This document shows, piece after piece, positions 33,494 through 43,179 of a DNA stretch of 64,000 nucleotides. This DNA comes from a bacterium. GTDB lineage: Bacteria; Patescibacteriota; UBA1384; CAILIB01. Both the position numbers and the translations under genes were made by a program. The notes under the pieces were generated by a model. The model did not search any database and was not told the DNA's origin. It saw nothing but the letters and a program-made list of their open reading frames with translations. The stretch spans positions 94,100-158,099 of the forward strand of contig JBAXRQ010000002.1 of NCBI GenBank assembly GCA_037131105.1. Direction: 5' to 3'. Each line of letters begins with the position of its first letter. The first letter of the stretch is position 1.

Positions 33494-35829
33494 TGGACAT
33501 CATCACAAACAAAGAAGTGTTCTCCAGCGAGAACCAGGCTAATATGCCTAAGAAGGTCGGACGACGCCCTAGCCGTCCCCGCACTACATCCGGGCCACGT
33601 AACTCACGCCCAGCTGCCGGTGACCAGCACTCAAAGGCACCCGTAGCTACTCAGGCTGCCCCGGCTGCAGTACCTGCTGACGTACAGCCTACCACTGTCG
33701 GCCCCCACACCGACTCTACTACCTACCAGGCAGAGCCTAAGAAGACTGTCTTCTACCAGGCCTCCCGTCCTCGTACGCCTCTGGCCGGTGAGACCCCTGC
33801 CCCCGAAGGCGCTGCTCCTGCAGCCCCTCTTGGCGACCGCCAGCCTCGCAATGACCGACGCCCCCGTCGGCCGCTTCCTGGTGGCTTCTCTTCTGGCGGC
33901 CAGCGTTCCAGTATGCCACGTCCTACCCCTCAGGCACCCGCTCAGTCGAGCGCTCCCGCCGAGAACCCGGCCAGCCTGCCTATCGGCCACCCCAACCATC
34001 CTGACAATCCTCGTAATCCCGGCCGCTTCCAGGCCCCTGCTCGTCGTCCTGACCGCCGTCGCTATCCCGAGGACAGCGGAGGTGTCTTCATGCAGCCAGG
34101 TGGCAACCTGAAGGCCCTCAGCGAGACCCAGCCCGAGTCTTCCGTCCCCAAGAACACCACCGGCGAGAAGCTGAAGATCATTCCTCTGGGTGGTCTTGAG
34201 GAAATCGGCAAGAACATGACAGTTTTCGAATACGGCAATGACATTATCATCGTCGACATGGGCTTCCAGTTCCCTGAGTCCGACATGTTAGGTATCGACT
34301 ATGTCATCCCTGACGTTACCTACCTCGAGGCCAAGAAGGCCAACATCCGCGGTGCCATCATCACCCACGGCCACCTTGACCACACCGGTGCCATTCCTTA
34401 CATCGTCCAGAAGCTCGGCTTCCCTACCCTATACGGAACCGCCATCACCATGGGCATGGCCAAGGGCCGACTGACCGAGTTCGGTCTTGAGGGCAAGAAC
34501 AAGATGGTCGCCATCGAGCCTGAGAAGGACGTCCTGCGCCTCGGTGTCTTCACCATCCGTCCCTTCCGCCTAATGCACAGCATCCCCGGCGCCATCGGTC
34601 TAGAGATCGAGACCCCTAACGGACGTATCTCCTACTGTACCGACTGGAAGTTCGACTACACCCCAGCCTCCGGCGAGCAGATCGACTTCCGTACCCTGGC
34701 CGCCATCGGTACCCGCGGCGTAGACCTGCTGTTCTCTGACTCCACCAATGTCGACCGTCCCGGCCACTCCATCTCTGAGAAGGTGGTTGAGACCTCGTTG
34801 AACACCGCCATTTCTGAGGCGAAGGCCCGCGTGATTATCGCGATGTTCTCCTCTGACCTGAACCGGGTCCAGATGGCGCTCAATGCCGCCGCCAAGTCAG
34901 GCCGCAAGGTACTGGTAGTCGGCCGCAGTATGATGCAGAACGTTGAAATGGCCGTGAACCTGAAGGCTCTGAACGTACCACCAAACACCCTGGTCTCCGA
35001 GCGTGAGATCAACCGATTCGCCGACGAGAAGGTACTGGTACTTTCTACCGGTGCCCAAGGTGAGGACCGGGCTGCCCTGTCCCGCATGGCTTCCGGTGAG
35101 CACCGCGTCATCAAGATCAAGAAGGGCGACACCGTCATTCTTTCCTCTTCCCCTATCCCAGGTAACGAGCGAGCTGTCAGCGGCGTCATGGACAAGCTGT
35201 ACAAGGCTGGTGCCAGCGTGATCTACAACAAGATCATGGACACCCACACCTCAGGCCACGCCTACCAGGAAGACCTGAAGCTGATGCTCGCATTGATGCG
35301 GCCTAAGTACTTCGTACCGCTGCACGGTGAGCGCGCCCGCCTGATATTGCACGGCAAGCTGGCCCAAGAGGTCGGCGTCAGCCCAGAGAACGTCATCATC
35401 GGTGACAACGGTCTGATCCTCGAGATGGACAGTACCGGTAAGGTGTATCCTACCGAGAACCACGCCCCTGCCGGCTACGTCATGGTGGACGGCCTCGGTG
35501 TCGGTGACGTTGGAAACATCGTCCTGCGTGACCGCCAGGCCATGGCCCAGGAAGGCGTATTCTTCATCGTCAGCGTCTATGACGCCAAGCAGAAGCGATT
35601 CCTGAACTCACCCGACCTTATCTCCCGTGGATTTATCTACATGCGTGAGAATGAGGGCTTCGTGAACGAGGTGCGCAATGAGATTAAGGGCTTCCTCGCC
35701 AAGGCAGTAGCCAGCGGCAAGGTTGACCTTCCTGCTATCCGGAACGACCTGCGCGACCGGGTCAGCAAGTACCTCTATGAGAAGACCGAGCGCCAGCCAA
35801 TGGTTATCCCGGTGATTATTGAGGTCTAA
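33493..35829 (+). CDS. rnj: Ribonuclease J with long disordered N-terminal extension
   Basis: PLGGLEEIGKN, THGHLDHTG, DSTN, HTSGHA, PLHGE. Confidence 0.95.
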   Translation: MDIITNKEVFSSENQANMPKKVGRRPSRPRTTSGPRNSRPAAGDQHSKAPVATQAAPAAVPADVQPTTVGPHTDSTTYQAEPKKTVFYQASRPRTPLAGETPAPEGAAPAAPLGDRQPRNDRRPRRPLPGGFSSGGQRSSMPRPTPQAPAQSSAPAENPASLPIGHPNHPDNPRNPGRFQAPARRPDRRRYPEDSGGVFMQPGGNLKALSETQPESSVPKNTTGEKLKIIPLGGLEEIGKNMTVFEYGNDIIIVDMGFQFPESDMLGIDYVIPDVTYLEAKKANIRGAIITHGHLDHTGAIPYIVQKLGFPTLYGTAITMGMAKGRLTEFGLEGKNKMVAIEPEKDVLRLGVFTIRPFRLMHSIPGAIGLEIETPNGRISYCTDWKFDYTPASGEQIDFRTLAAIGTRGVDLLFSDSTNVDRPGHSISEKVVETSLNTAISEAKARVIIAMFSSDLNRVQMALNAAAKSGRKVLVVGRSMMQNVEMAVNLKALNVPPNTLVSEREINRFADEKVLVLSTGAQGEDRAALSRMASGEHRVIKIKKGDTVILSSSPIPGNERAVSGVMDKLYKAGASVIYNKIMDTHTSGHAYQEDLKLMLALMRPKYFVPLHGERARLILHGKLAQEVGVSPENVIIGDNGLILEMDSTGKVYPTENHAPAGYVMVDGLGVGDVGNIVLRDRQAMAQEGVFFIVSVYDAKQKRFLNSPDLISRGFIYMRENEGFVNEVRNEIKGFLAKAVASGKVDLPAIRNDLRDRVSKYLYEKTERQPMVIPVIIEV

Positions 35830-35845
35830 ATAGCTTGGTGCAGCA

Positions 35846-35874
35846 GAAAAGGGACCCGAATAGGGTCCTTTTTC
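35846..35874 (+). terminator. Intrinsic terminator
   Basis: AAAAGGGACCC-gaata-GGGTCCTTTTT. Confidence 0.85.
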
Positions 35875-35906
35875 GTATCAAGAAATCTTGTTATCCTTTT
35901 CTTATC

Positions 35907-36056
35907 ATGACTAACACTCCCGACAAACAACTCGAGAAGATTACCAGCATGCTTCCTCCTCTTCCCAAGAAGTACCAGGGTAATAACCTTGATACTATCA
36001 TTGTAGAAGCAACTGATGCTTTCTTCTTCGAAAAGTACCTCAGTCAGACTGACTAG
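35907..36056 (+). CDS. Possible 49-aa small protein
   Basis: ATG 35907 shortly after TGTTATCCT; short, unsupported by homology. Confidence 0.35.
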   Translation: MTNTPDKQLEKITSMLPPLPKKYQGNNLDTIIVEATDAFFFEKYLSQTD

Positions 36057-36144
36057 GCCACGTACTTAAGAATCGTTCTTTTAAACGCTCTAGCTCTATG
36101 GGCATGTTGGCGCAGGGCTCTTCTTTCGGTATACTCAACCCCGC

Positions 36145-37506
36145 ATGACTACACCCGAGATCACCCCCCAGTTCCAAGCCGCCCTCGACCTCATGGAGGA
36201 CAGTAATCAGCACGTCTTCCTCACCGGACGGGCCGGCACTGGCAAATCCACTCTCTTGAATCACTTTAGAACCATCACCAAGAAGAAGGTGGCGGTACTG
36301 GCCCCCACCGGAGTGGCAGCCATTAATGTAGGAGGACAGACCATCCACTCATTCTTCAGATTTCGTCCCGACGTTACTCCTGACACTGCCAGCCGCAGTC
36401 GCCCGGCCGCTGAGAATGCCAAGCTGTATAAGACCCTGGACACCATAGTCATCGACGAGGTCTCCATGCTTCGGGCCGACATGCTGGACTGCATAAACAG
36501 GTTCCTGCGCCTCTACGGGCCCCACAAGGACAGGCCATTCGGCGGCGTCCAGATGATCTTCATCGGTGACCTCTACCAGCTGCCTCCCGTAGTCACCACC
36601 CAGGACCGTGAGATCTTCAACTCTCAGTATAAGAGCCCCTACTTCTTCGACGCCAAGATTATTGATGACATTACCCTTTACCTGGCCGAGCTGGACCACA
36701 TCTTCAGGCAGAAGGATGACTCCTTCATCTCCATCCTGAACGCCATCCGGGAAAACGCCGTCACACCCGAACAACTGGAGGAGCTCAATGAGCGACAAGT
36801 ACTGTATCAGGGGCAAGAGGAAGGACTCATCTCCCTCACCACTACCAACGACCTTGCCCACAAAATCAACGACGAGCACCTGCGGGAGCTGCCAGCCCCA
36901 GAGCACACCTTCGTCGGCACTCCCACCGGCAGCTTCAAGGAGCGTGACTTCCCCACCCCGCAAGAACTCAAGCTCAAGCCCGACGCCCAAGTCATGCTAC
37001 TGGTAAATGACCCCAAAGGACGCTGGGTAAACGGCAGCATAGGGCGGGTAAAACGGGTATATGACGACCCTCAAGGTAGCGACCCCGTGGTGGAGGTCGA
37101 GCTTTCAGACGGCCGGCTTATCAAGGTCCTCCCATTCATGTGGGAGATGTCAAAGTACGTGCTAAGCCCCGAGAGCGGCCAGCTCGAGTCAGAGCTGGTA
37201 GGCAGTTACCGCCACTACCCGTTGCGCCTGGCCTGGGCTGTAACCATACATAAGAGCCAGGGATCAACCTTCGACCGGGTCCATATCGATTTGGGTCGCG
37301 GGACCTTCAGTCACGGCCAATTATACGTGGCGCTGAGCCGTTGCCGAACCCTCGACGGCATCACACTGAAGCAAAGTATCGTCCCTCGATACATAGTGAC
37401 CGACAAGCGCATCAGTGAGTTTCTCAAAAGCTTCAAGGACGGCATGCGGCAAGTCGGCCAAGCCAGCCTAGCCTTTGGGGATGGCTGGTCGGAATGGGGA
37501 GCCTAA
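36145..37506 (+). CDS. PIF1-family SF1B helicase
   Basis: GRAGTGKS, APTGVAA, DEVSM, GDLYQLPP, FRQ, AVTIHKSQG, YVALSR. Confidence 0.93.
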   Translation: MTTPEITPQFQAALDLMEDSNQHVFLTGRAGTGKSTLLNHFRTITKKKVAVLAPTGVAAINVGGQTIHSFFRFRPDVTPDTASRSRPAAENAKLYKTLDTIVIDEVSMLRADMLDCINRFLRLYGPHKDRPFGGVQMIFIGDLYQLPPVVTTQDREIFNSQYKSPYFFDAKIIDDITLYLAELDHIFRQKDDSFISILNAIRENAVTPEQLEELNERQVLYQGQEEGLISLTTTNDLAHKINDEHLRELPAPEHTFVGTPTGSFKERDFPTPQELKLKPDAQVMLLVNDPKGRWVNGSIGRVKRVYDDPQGSDPVVEVELSDGRLIKVLPFMWEMSKYVLSPESGQLESELVGSYRHYPLRLAWAVTIHKSQGSTFDRVHIDLGRGTFSHGQLYVALSRCRTLDGITLKQSIVPRYIVTDKRISEFLKSFKDGMRQVGQASLAFGDGWSEWGA

Positions 37507-37513
37507 CACACAG

Positions 37514-37544
37514 TAGCAGGGCGCCGCTCTCGACGCCCTGCTAC
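37514..37544. terminator. Hairpin between convergent genes
   Basis: GTAGCAGGGCG...CGCCCTGCTAC. Confidence 0.6.
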
Positions 37545-37571
37545 ATATCTTCAGGCTTTAGTGTGCCTCTA

Positions 37572-37847
37572 TTACTGCTGGCCATCTGATGCGCCGTCCC
37601 TTACCTTTGCCCAAAGCTCGTCAAGTCTCTCCTGTGAGATTCCTTCCCGTCCCCGCTCTTCATCAATCTCCGCGAGAACATCCCTGTGCTCATACATAAT
37701 CGCCATTACCGGACCGACTTTCTCTATCGTCTCCAGATCCAATCCCTCGGTTAGACGTGCCCGTTCCTCTTCGGGGATACCTTCAAGAGGATCCTTCTTC
37801 TGGTTAGGACTCTCGCCAAACCCGCCACCAAATTGTTCTTCGTACAT
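37572..37847 (-). CDS. Small acidic hypothetical protein
   Basis: AAAGGAG SD; TTGACA-16-TAGTAT upstream. Confidence 0.65.
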   Translation of the reverse strand: MYEEQFGGGFGESPNQKKDPLEGIPEEERARLTEGLDLETIEKVGPVMAIMYEHRDVLAEIDEERGREGISQERLDELWAKVRDGASDGQQ

Positions 37848-37976
37848 CGTGCTCCTTTCTCTCTAGTTAGCGATCTTTTCTTAATACTAATCCTTCGGAC
37901 CCCACTGTCAATCCTCAGTTGAGTCACATCCTGCCGTGGTATACAGTAAGGGCAGCCTCAGCCCCTTATTAACACC

Positions 37977-38321
37977 ATGAACAAGAATGGCCCTGTACTC
38001 TCAACCCTCTTTTTTATTTCAGTCTGCCTCTCTGCTGGCTCCTACCTTATTAAGAGCTACGACACATTCAGCTGCACCGACGTCATTGACCTTTCCAGGC
38101 CAACCCTAACCTGCAAAGACACCCTGCGAGGCTGGCCCGTCACCTACTATTATTCAAATCTTGAAGGACAGGACCTGGCGCTACGGGGATATGACAGCCT
38201 CAATAAGCCCCTCCCAATTACCATGGAGTTCGCCTTAAATACCTGCTGCTACCTGGTACCCCTTGGCCTGGCCTATGGCCTACTTATCGCGCTAAAGAAG
38301 AAGCCGGCTAAAGCTCAATAA
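37977..38321 (+). CDS. Small two-TM hypothetical protein
   Basis: Two hydrophobic segments flanking a loop with two Cys and RGWP. Confidence 0.65.
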   Translation: MNKNGPVLSTLFFISVCLSAGSYLIKSYDTFSCTDVIDLSRPTLTCKDTLRGWPVTYYYSNLEGQDLALRGYDSLNKPLPITMEFALNTCCYLVPLGLAYGLLIALKKKPAKAQ

Positions 38322-39342
38322 CCTTCACCTCCCCCTTCAACAGCTTCTCCACCGTCCCCAGCTCAGTGGTGGTCATAATCACCTGGTAGTCGCCAAATAC
38401 CGTCACCAGCCGCTCCCGCCGCTCGGCGTCCAGCTCTGAAAATATGTCGTCCAGCAGCAGTACCGGCCTGGTCTCCGTTCTTTCGGTCATATACTCCAAC
38501 TCAGCCATCTTGAAGGCCACCAGCAGTGACCGGGCCTGGCCGCGCGACATGGACTCATGCACCGGATGGTCGCCCCAGTACACCTCAAAGTCCTCCCGGT
38601 GAGGGCCATAGAGACTATTGCCGGAAGCTATCTCCTTCTCACGGTTCATTTTCAAATGCTCGAGAAAACTGTGGGAATGCCCGTGTGGGCTCTGATGGTA
38701 GCGAAGTGAAATCTCACCCATCCCCGGCACCATCTGCTCAAATATGGCCGGTATAAGTCCCTGTAGGGCCTCGGTAAAGCCTATGCGCCCGGCCTGGATG
38801 ACTGCCTGCACCTCGGCCAGCTGCTCATCCCAGAACTCCAGCTCACTGGGGCCAGACAACCCCTCGGCTATATTCTTCAATAGTCGGTTCCGCTGCTTCA
38901 GCACTTTACCTAGCTGGATGATGGCCTGGGTATAGGTCTGTGAGGTCTGGGAAATGACCCGGTCCAAGTACTGGCGCCTATAGGTAGGCGCTCCATAGAG
39001 CAGTGACATATCGTCTGGCTGGAAAAGGATGGTGGGAAACAACCCGATCACCTGGGTAGTCCGCTTACTGACCCCGTCTATCTTCATCCGCTTCAGGTAG
39101 GGCGAATGCTGCACCACCAGTTCGGTCACCCCGCTTACCACCCGGCAAAAGGGCGCCTCCCAGCGGATTACCTCGGTATCTTTTTCGGTTTTCCACGAGG
39201 TCGTCAGTGACAAAAGCGATATAGCCTCGAGGATCGATGTCTTACCGGCTCCGTTGTTTCCGGTGATGATGGTGAGCGGCGAAAAGTCGAACGAGGCCTT
39301 TTCAAAACCCCGGAATTGGTCGAGTTCTAACCTGTTGATCAT
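38308..39342 (-). CDS. recF: DNA replication/repair protein RecF
   Basis: GNNGAGKT, GPHRED, SRGQ, LLDDIFSELD. Confidence 0.95.
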   Translation of the reverse strand: MINRLELDQFRGFEKASFDFSPLTIITGNNGAGKTSILEAISLLSLTTSWKTEKDTEVIRWEAPFCRVVSGVTELVVQHSPYLKRMKIDGVSKRTTQVIGLFPTILFQPDDMSLLYGAPTYRRQYLDRVISQTSQTYTQAIIQLGKVLKQRNRLLKNIAEGLSGPSELEFWDEQLAEVQAVIQAGRIGFTEALQGLIPAIFEQMVPGMGEISLRYHQSPHGHSHSFLEHLKMNREKEIASGNSLYGPHREDFEVYWGDHPVHESMSRGQARSLLVAFKMAELEYMTERTETRPVLLLDDIFSELDAERRERLVTVFGDYQVIMTTTELGTVEKLLKGEVKVIEL

Positions 39343-40451
39343 GAATCAAGCCGGATCGGCATCACCAGTTGAAGGTACGTAGGATCCTCGGTCCCGATGA
39401 CCAGTGCGGTGGTGGGTCCGCTGAAGCGCAGCTCCAAGTGGGGCGAGTTGCTGGCCGTGCAGGCGTCCAAAAGGAACTTGGCATTGAAGGCTGCCCGGAC
39501 CGGTTCGAAGCCCTCCTGCATCACCGCATAGACCGTATGACTAGTACTCCCCCTCTGGGAGCCGTAACTAGCGATAGTAAAGGTTCCCTCGGAGTCGATC
39601 TCCACCATGACATTGGCCACACCAGACTGGGAAAAGATGGCCGATAGACGTAATGCCTGTACCAGCTCGGTAGTTGTCACTTCGGCTACGGCCATGAACT
39701 TCTGGGGAATGATGGCGTGGTACTTGGGGAAATTGCCGGTCAGCAGCCTGGAATAGATCTCCAAGGTGTCCAGCCTCATCAGAAGCTGCTGGTCGGTGAT
39801 CTCCACTTCCAGGTCAGGAAACTCTACGAAGGATGCCGAGATCCGGATAAGCTCCTGGATGGTCCGCATCGGCACCAGGAAGGTAAATGAGTCCTGGATG
39901 GGCACAATGGGAATGCGACGCTCCACCAACCTGAAGCTGTCGGTAGCAGCTAAAACGGCTGTCTCCTCAGAAAGGTTCATATATACCCCAGTAAGTACTG
40001 GTCGGGACTGGTCCTGAGCACAAGCAATCACCACCTGCTTCAGAGCCTCTACCAGAGGCGTCAGGGGCAGTCTGACCTTAGAACCCTTCTCCAGCTTAGG
40101 CAGGTCAGGAAACTCCTCGGCGTCGATGCCGGCAATACGCCCAGTCACCTTATTACTCTTCCCCACCATTTCAAACGACTCCAAGCTAAACGTAAGAGTG
40201 TCATCAGGATTCTGGTGCACGAACTCCTGAAAAATCTTAGCTGGCACCGTAAAGGTCCCCTCCTGCTCGATAGTGGCAGGGATATGGGTGGTCATGGCCA
40301 ATTCCAGGTCAGTAGCAGTGATCCTTAGGATGTCCTTGTCGGTCTCTAGGAGGATATTTGAAAGCACTGGCAGGCTGCTCCGTATAGTAATGATGCGGCT
40401 AACGTACTGGAGGTGTCGGTCAAGTAGTTCCCGGGAGCAGCTGAATTTCAT
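39339..40451 (-). CDS. dnaN: DNA polymerase III beta clamp
   Basis: PVLSNILL, ATDLE, RPVLTGV, ATDSFRL, LVMPIR. Confidence 0.96.
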   Translation of the reverse strand: MKFSCSRELLDRHLQYVSRIITIRSSLPVLSNILLETDKDILRITATDLELAMTTHIPATIEQEGTFTVPAKIFQEFVHQNPDDTLTFSLESFEMVGKSNKVTGRIAGIDAEEFPDLPKLEKGSKVRLPLTPLVEALKQVVIACAQDQSRPVLTGVYMNLSEETAVLAATDSFRLVERRIPIVPIQDSFTFLVPMRTIQELIRISASFVEFPDLEVEITDQQLLMRLDTLEIYSRLLTGNFPKYHAIIPQKFMAVAEVTTTELVQALRLSAIFSQSGVANVMVEIDSEGTFTIASYGSQRGSTSHTVYAVMQEGFEPVRAAFNAKFLLDACTASNSPHLELRFSGPTTALVIGTEDPTYLQLVMPIRLDS

Positions 40452-40466
40452 GGTATATCCCTAGAA

Positions 40467-40770
40467 TGTGGATAAGTAGTGGAAAACGTGGGGAGAACCC
40501 TGTGTATTATATGGGGGAAATGGCGGGATAACTATGGGATAAGTAGCGTCTTTCCCCACCCTCGCCACCTACCTGTGGGCAAACTCCGACTTCTCCCGGT
40601 TCTTTCCGTAGGTTGTCCGAAGGTTCTCCCCATAGTATAGCAGGAAAAAGAACGCTACCGGAGGGGTTTCCACCAGTCTTTCCACATCTCCCCACCCCTT
40701 ATTGTCATTGTTGTTATAAATACTTATTAAAGAGAGAAGAGAACCCATATAATACATCCTATAAAAATCA
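40467..40770. promoter_or_regulatory. oriC part 1: DnaA boxes, DnaA-trio-like tract and AT-rich unwinding element
   Basis: TGTGGATAA 40467-40475, several degenerate boxes, CTTTCCACA 40678-40686, trio-like 40699-40716, AT-rich 40716-40770. Confidence 0.8.
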
Positions 40771-40818
40771 GAAGGCCCCCCACTAAGTGAGAGGCGTTCC
40801 GTACGGCTAAACATGTTT

Positions 40819-41037
40819 CTACTCCGGCCAAACCCGTTCTTCGTGCTGGATAAGGAACGCGTCTTTATCCATTAAGATTACTACTGCCAAAGATTGGCGA
40901 TTGTGGTGTCCCATAATGAGCACCACGGCCGGCTCGTCTTTGAGGTTGAGGATTTGATATCCCCCACCTCTTAGTGTAGCTAACTGCTGTGTGGCCCAGG
41001 TGCGCGGCGCTGTAACGACGGTGACTGGTATTTTCAT
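40819..41037 (-). CDS. Small hypothetical protein between dnaA and oriC/dnaN
   Basis: AAGGAGAGGA SD; promoter TTGACT-17-TATACT at 41064-41092. Confidence 0.6.
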   Translation of the reverse strand: MKIPVTVVTAPRTWATQQLATLRGGGYQILNLKDEPAVVLIMGHHNRQSLAVVILMDKDAFLIQHEERVWPE

Positions 41038-41096
41038 GATTCCTCTCCTTAAAACGTGCCTGGAGTATACGCCAAAACCCTGAAAAAGTCAACCCC

Positions 41097-42512
41097 CTAA
41101 GGCTTGTGGCCGCCTACATAAAACAGTTCCTTTATCCGGCTGAGCTCATCGAGAAGATCTGGTGATTTCTTCATTTCCTTCTCAATCTTGTCTACGGAGT
41201 GCATAGCGGTGGTATGATCGCGTCCCCCAATCTCACGGCCGATGGTGGGAAAGGTCATACCGAGTTCGTTCTTCATCAAATACATGAGGATCTGACGTGG
41301 CTTGACTATCTCCTGTTGGCGACGTGGACCTTGTACATCTTTGAAGTCTACTCCGTAATATTCGCAGACTATCTCTTTAATCTGTTCAAAGGTGGTCTTC
41401 TTTAGTGGTTTATGTAATGAAAATGCCCGCAGCATATCCCGTACTTCTTCAAGGGAAGGCGGCGTGTCGCTAGAGGCTAGGTGTACAAGTACGGTGGTAA
41501 GAGCCCCTTCGAGCTCCCGGATGTTCGTCTCCACCAGGTCGGCTATATAGAAGATAACCTGGTCGGGTAGGCTGATGCCCTTCTCCTCACACTTAGCCTG
41601 GAGAATGGCCTGACGGGTCTCCTGGTCAGGTAGCTGCATGTCAGCGATCATACCAGAGCTGAACCGGCTAGAAAGACGCTCTTCTAGGTCAGCGATCTCG
41701 CTTGGCGCCTTATCTGAGGTGATAATAATTTGCTTATCAGTCTGGTAGAGGGAGTTAAAGGTGTGGAAGAACTCCTCCTGGATACCATCTTTACCGGCGA
41801 TAAACTGGATGTCGTCTATCAGGAAGACGTCGACGTTCCGGTACTTCTTCTTAAAGGCATCCATCTTATTGCCGCGGATACCAGCCACATACTCGTTCAT
41901 GAGGCTTTCACTGGAGACGTAGACCACCCGCTTTTGTGGTTCTCGGGCAATAATCTCATTACCTACTGCCTGCATCAGGTGAGTTTTACCGAGTCCTACT
42001 CCCCCATAAAGGTAGAGGGGGTTATACATTTTACCAGGACGTTCAGCTACGGCTTTGGCGGCGGCGTGGGCTAGTCGATTGCGGTTACCGATGATAAAGG
42101 TGTCAAAGCGGTACTTCGGGTTGAGGTTTGACTCCGGGATGGGGTCTGAGCTGCGCTGCTGAGCGGCTTGGGAGGGTGAGACGGGTTCTGAGTCATCCAC
42201 GCTATTGAAGAGGCTCTGCCCGCCGGCTGGCGCGTTCTTACGGCCTACCTTGGGCTTTGCGACGATGATATATTCTATAGTTGTGACTTCATATCCGGCC
42301 TGCTGGGAAATGGAGGCTAGAATCTTACCTTCAGCGTATTTATGGATGAATCCTTTAGAGTGGATGTTTTCCACAGTAACCTGGGCGGAACCTGGTGTGA
42401 GGGCGGTTAGTTGGGCTCCATGGAACCAAGTCTTGAAGACAGCCGGCGAAATCTCCCCTTCTATCTCAGAGAGGGCCTGTTTCCAGATTAGATTGAGCTG
42501 TTCTTCGGTCAT
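41097..42512 (-). CDS. dnaA: Chromosomal replication initiator DnaA
   Basis: LNPKYRFDTF, GGVGLGKTHL, IDDIQF, IRELEG, GGRDHTT; start ATG 42512. Confidence 0.98.
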   Translation of the reverse strand: MTEEQLNLIWKQALSEIEGEISPAVFKTWFHGAQLTALTPGSAQVTVENIHSKGFIHKYAEGKILASISQQAGYEVTTIEYIIVAKPKVGRKNAPAGGQSLFNSVDDSEPVSPSQAAQQRSSDPIPESNLNPKYRFDTFIIGNRNRLAHAAAKAVAERPGKMYNPLYLYGGVGLGKTHLMQAVGNEIIAREPQKRVVYVSSESLMNEYVAGIRGNKMDAFKKKYRNVDVFLIDDIQFIAGKDGIQEEFFHTFNSLYQTDKQIIITSDKAPSEIADLEERLSSRFSSGMIADMQLPDQETRQAILQAKCEEKGISLPDQVIFYIADLVETNIRELEGALTTVLVHLASSDTPPSLEEVRDMLRAFSLHKPLKKTTFEQIKEIVCEYYGVDFKDVQGPRRQQEIVKPRQILMYLMKNELGMTFPTIGREIGGRDHTTAMHSVDKIEKEMKKSPDLLDELSRIKELFYVGGHKP

Positions 42513-42570
42513 GGCGGCGGAAAGGAAGGTGTAAAAATAAGGGCTGCTGCCCCTTAGTGAATAGGATACC

Positions 42571-42604
42571 AAGAGTTATCCACAGGTGTAAAGAGTTATC
42601 CACA
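42571..42604. promoter_or_regulatory. Two perfect DnaA boxes upstream of dnaA
   Basis: AAGAGTTATCCACA twice at 20-bp spacing (boxes 42576-42584, 42596-42604). Confidence 0.9.
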
Positions 42605-42605
42605 A

Positions 42606-43147
42606 TAAACCTAGATGTTCTCTTATTTCGAACTGATCGACTCAAGGGAACCCATCTTATATATCCTTCCAGGATATGTCTCAAGGTCCGAAATAAGAGA
42701 ACATCTAGGTTTACAGTAAACTCCCAGGGCGGACTGATCGACTCAAGGAAACTATATACTTGTACTCCTTCGGAGTACGTCTCAAGGTTCAAATTACCAA
42801 TGCGCATGCAGATACAGGTTAATACCCTGAAAAGTCGTTCGACTCAAGGGAGCCTGTCAGAAAGTACTCCTCCAGAGTACGTCTCAAAGACTTTTCAGGT
42901 ACTTGCATGAAGATTCAGGCTAATACTGAAAACGACTGACTGACTCACTCCTATAAGAAAAGACCGGCAGCCCGACAAGAGGCCTTGAGACGTATCCCGG
43001 AGGGATACTGCTATATGGCCTCACTAAGTCGAACGACTCTTGTTGGGCTGCTGGTCTTTATTACTTCGGAATACGTCTCAAGGTCCATTTCAGGCAAGCA
43101 GCGGCAGATTCAGGTGATGTAGTAATCAAAGCTGTTCGACTCAAGGG
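42606..43147. repeat. Cluster of four full and two partial structured repeats
   Basis: Units 42606-42713, 42731-42790, 42826-42899 (minus orientation), 42959-43059 (plus); partials 43062-43086 and 43134-43147. Confidence 0.9.
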
Positions 43148-43179
43148 CCCCGATGTTATTTTTCTGATACTATTTTCTT

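Noticed and set aside
42606-43147. CRISPR array or hammerhead ribozymes (CTGATCGA resembles CUGAUGA)
   Set aside because: Mixed orientation, irregular spacing and no cas genes; no GAAA/stem III core, and wobbles favour the opposite strand
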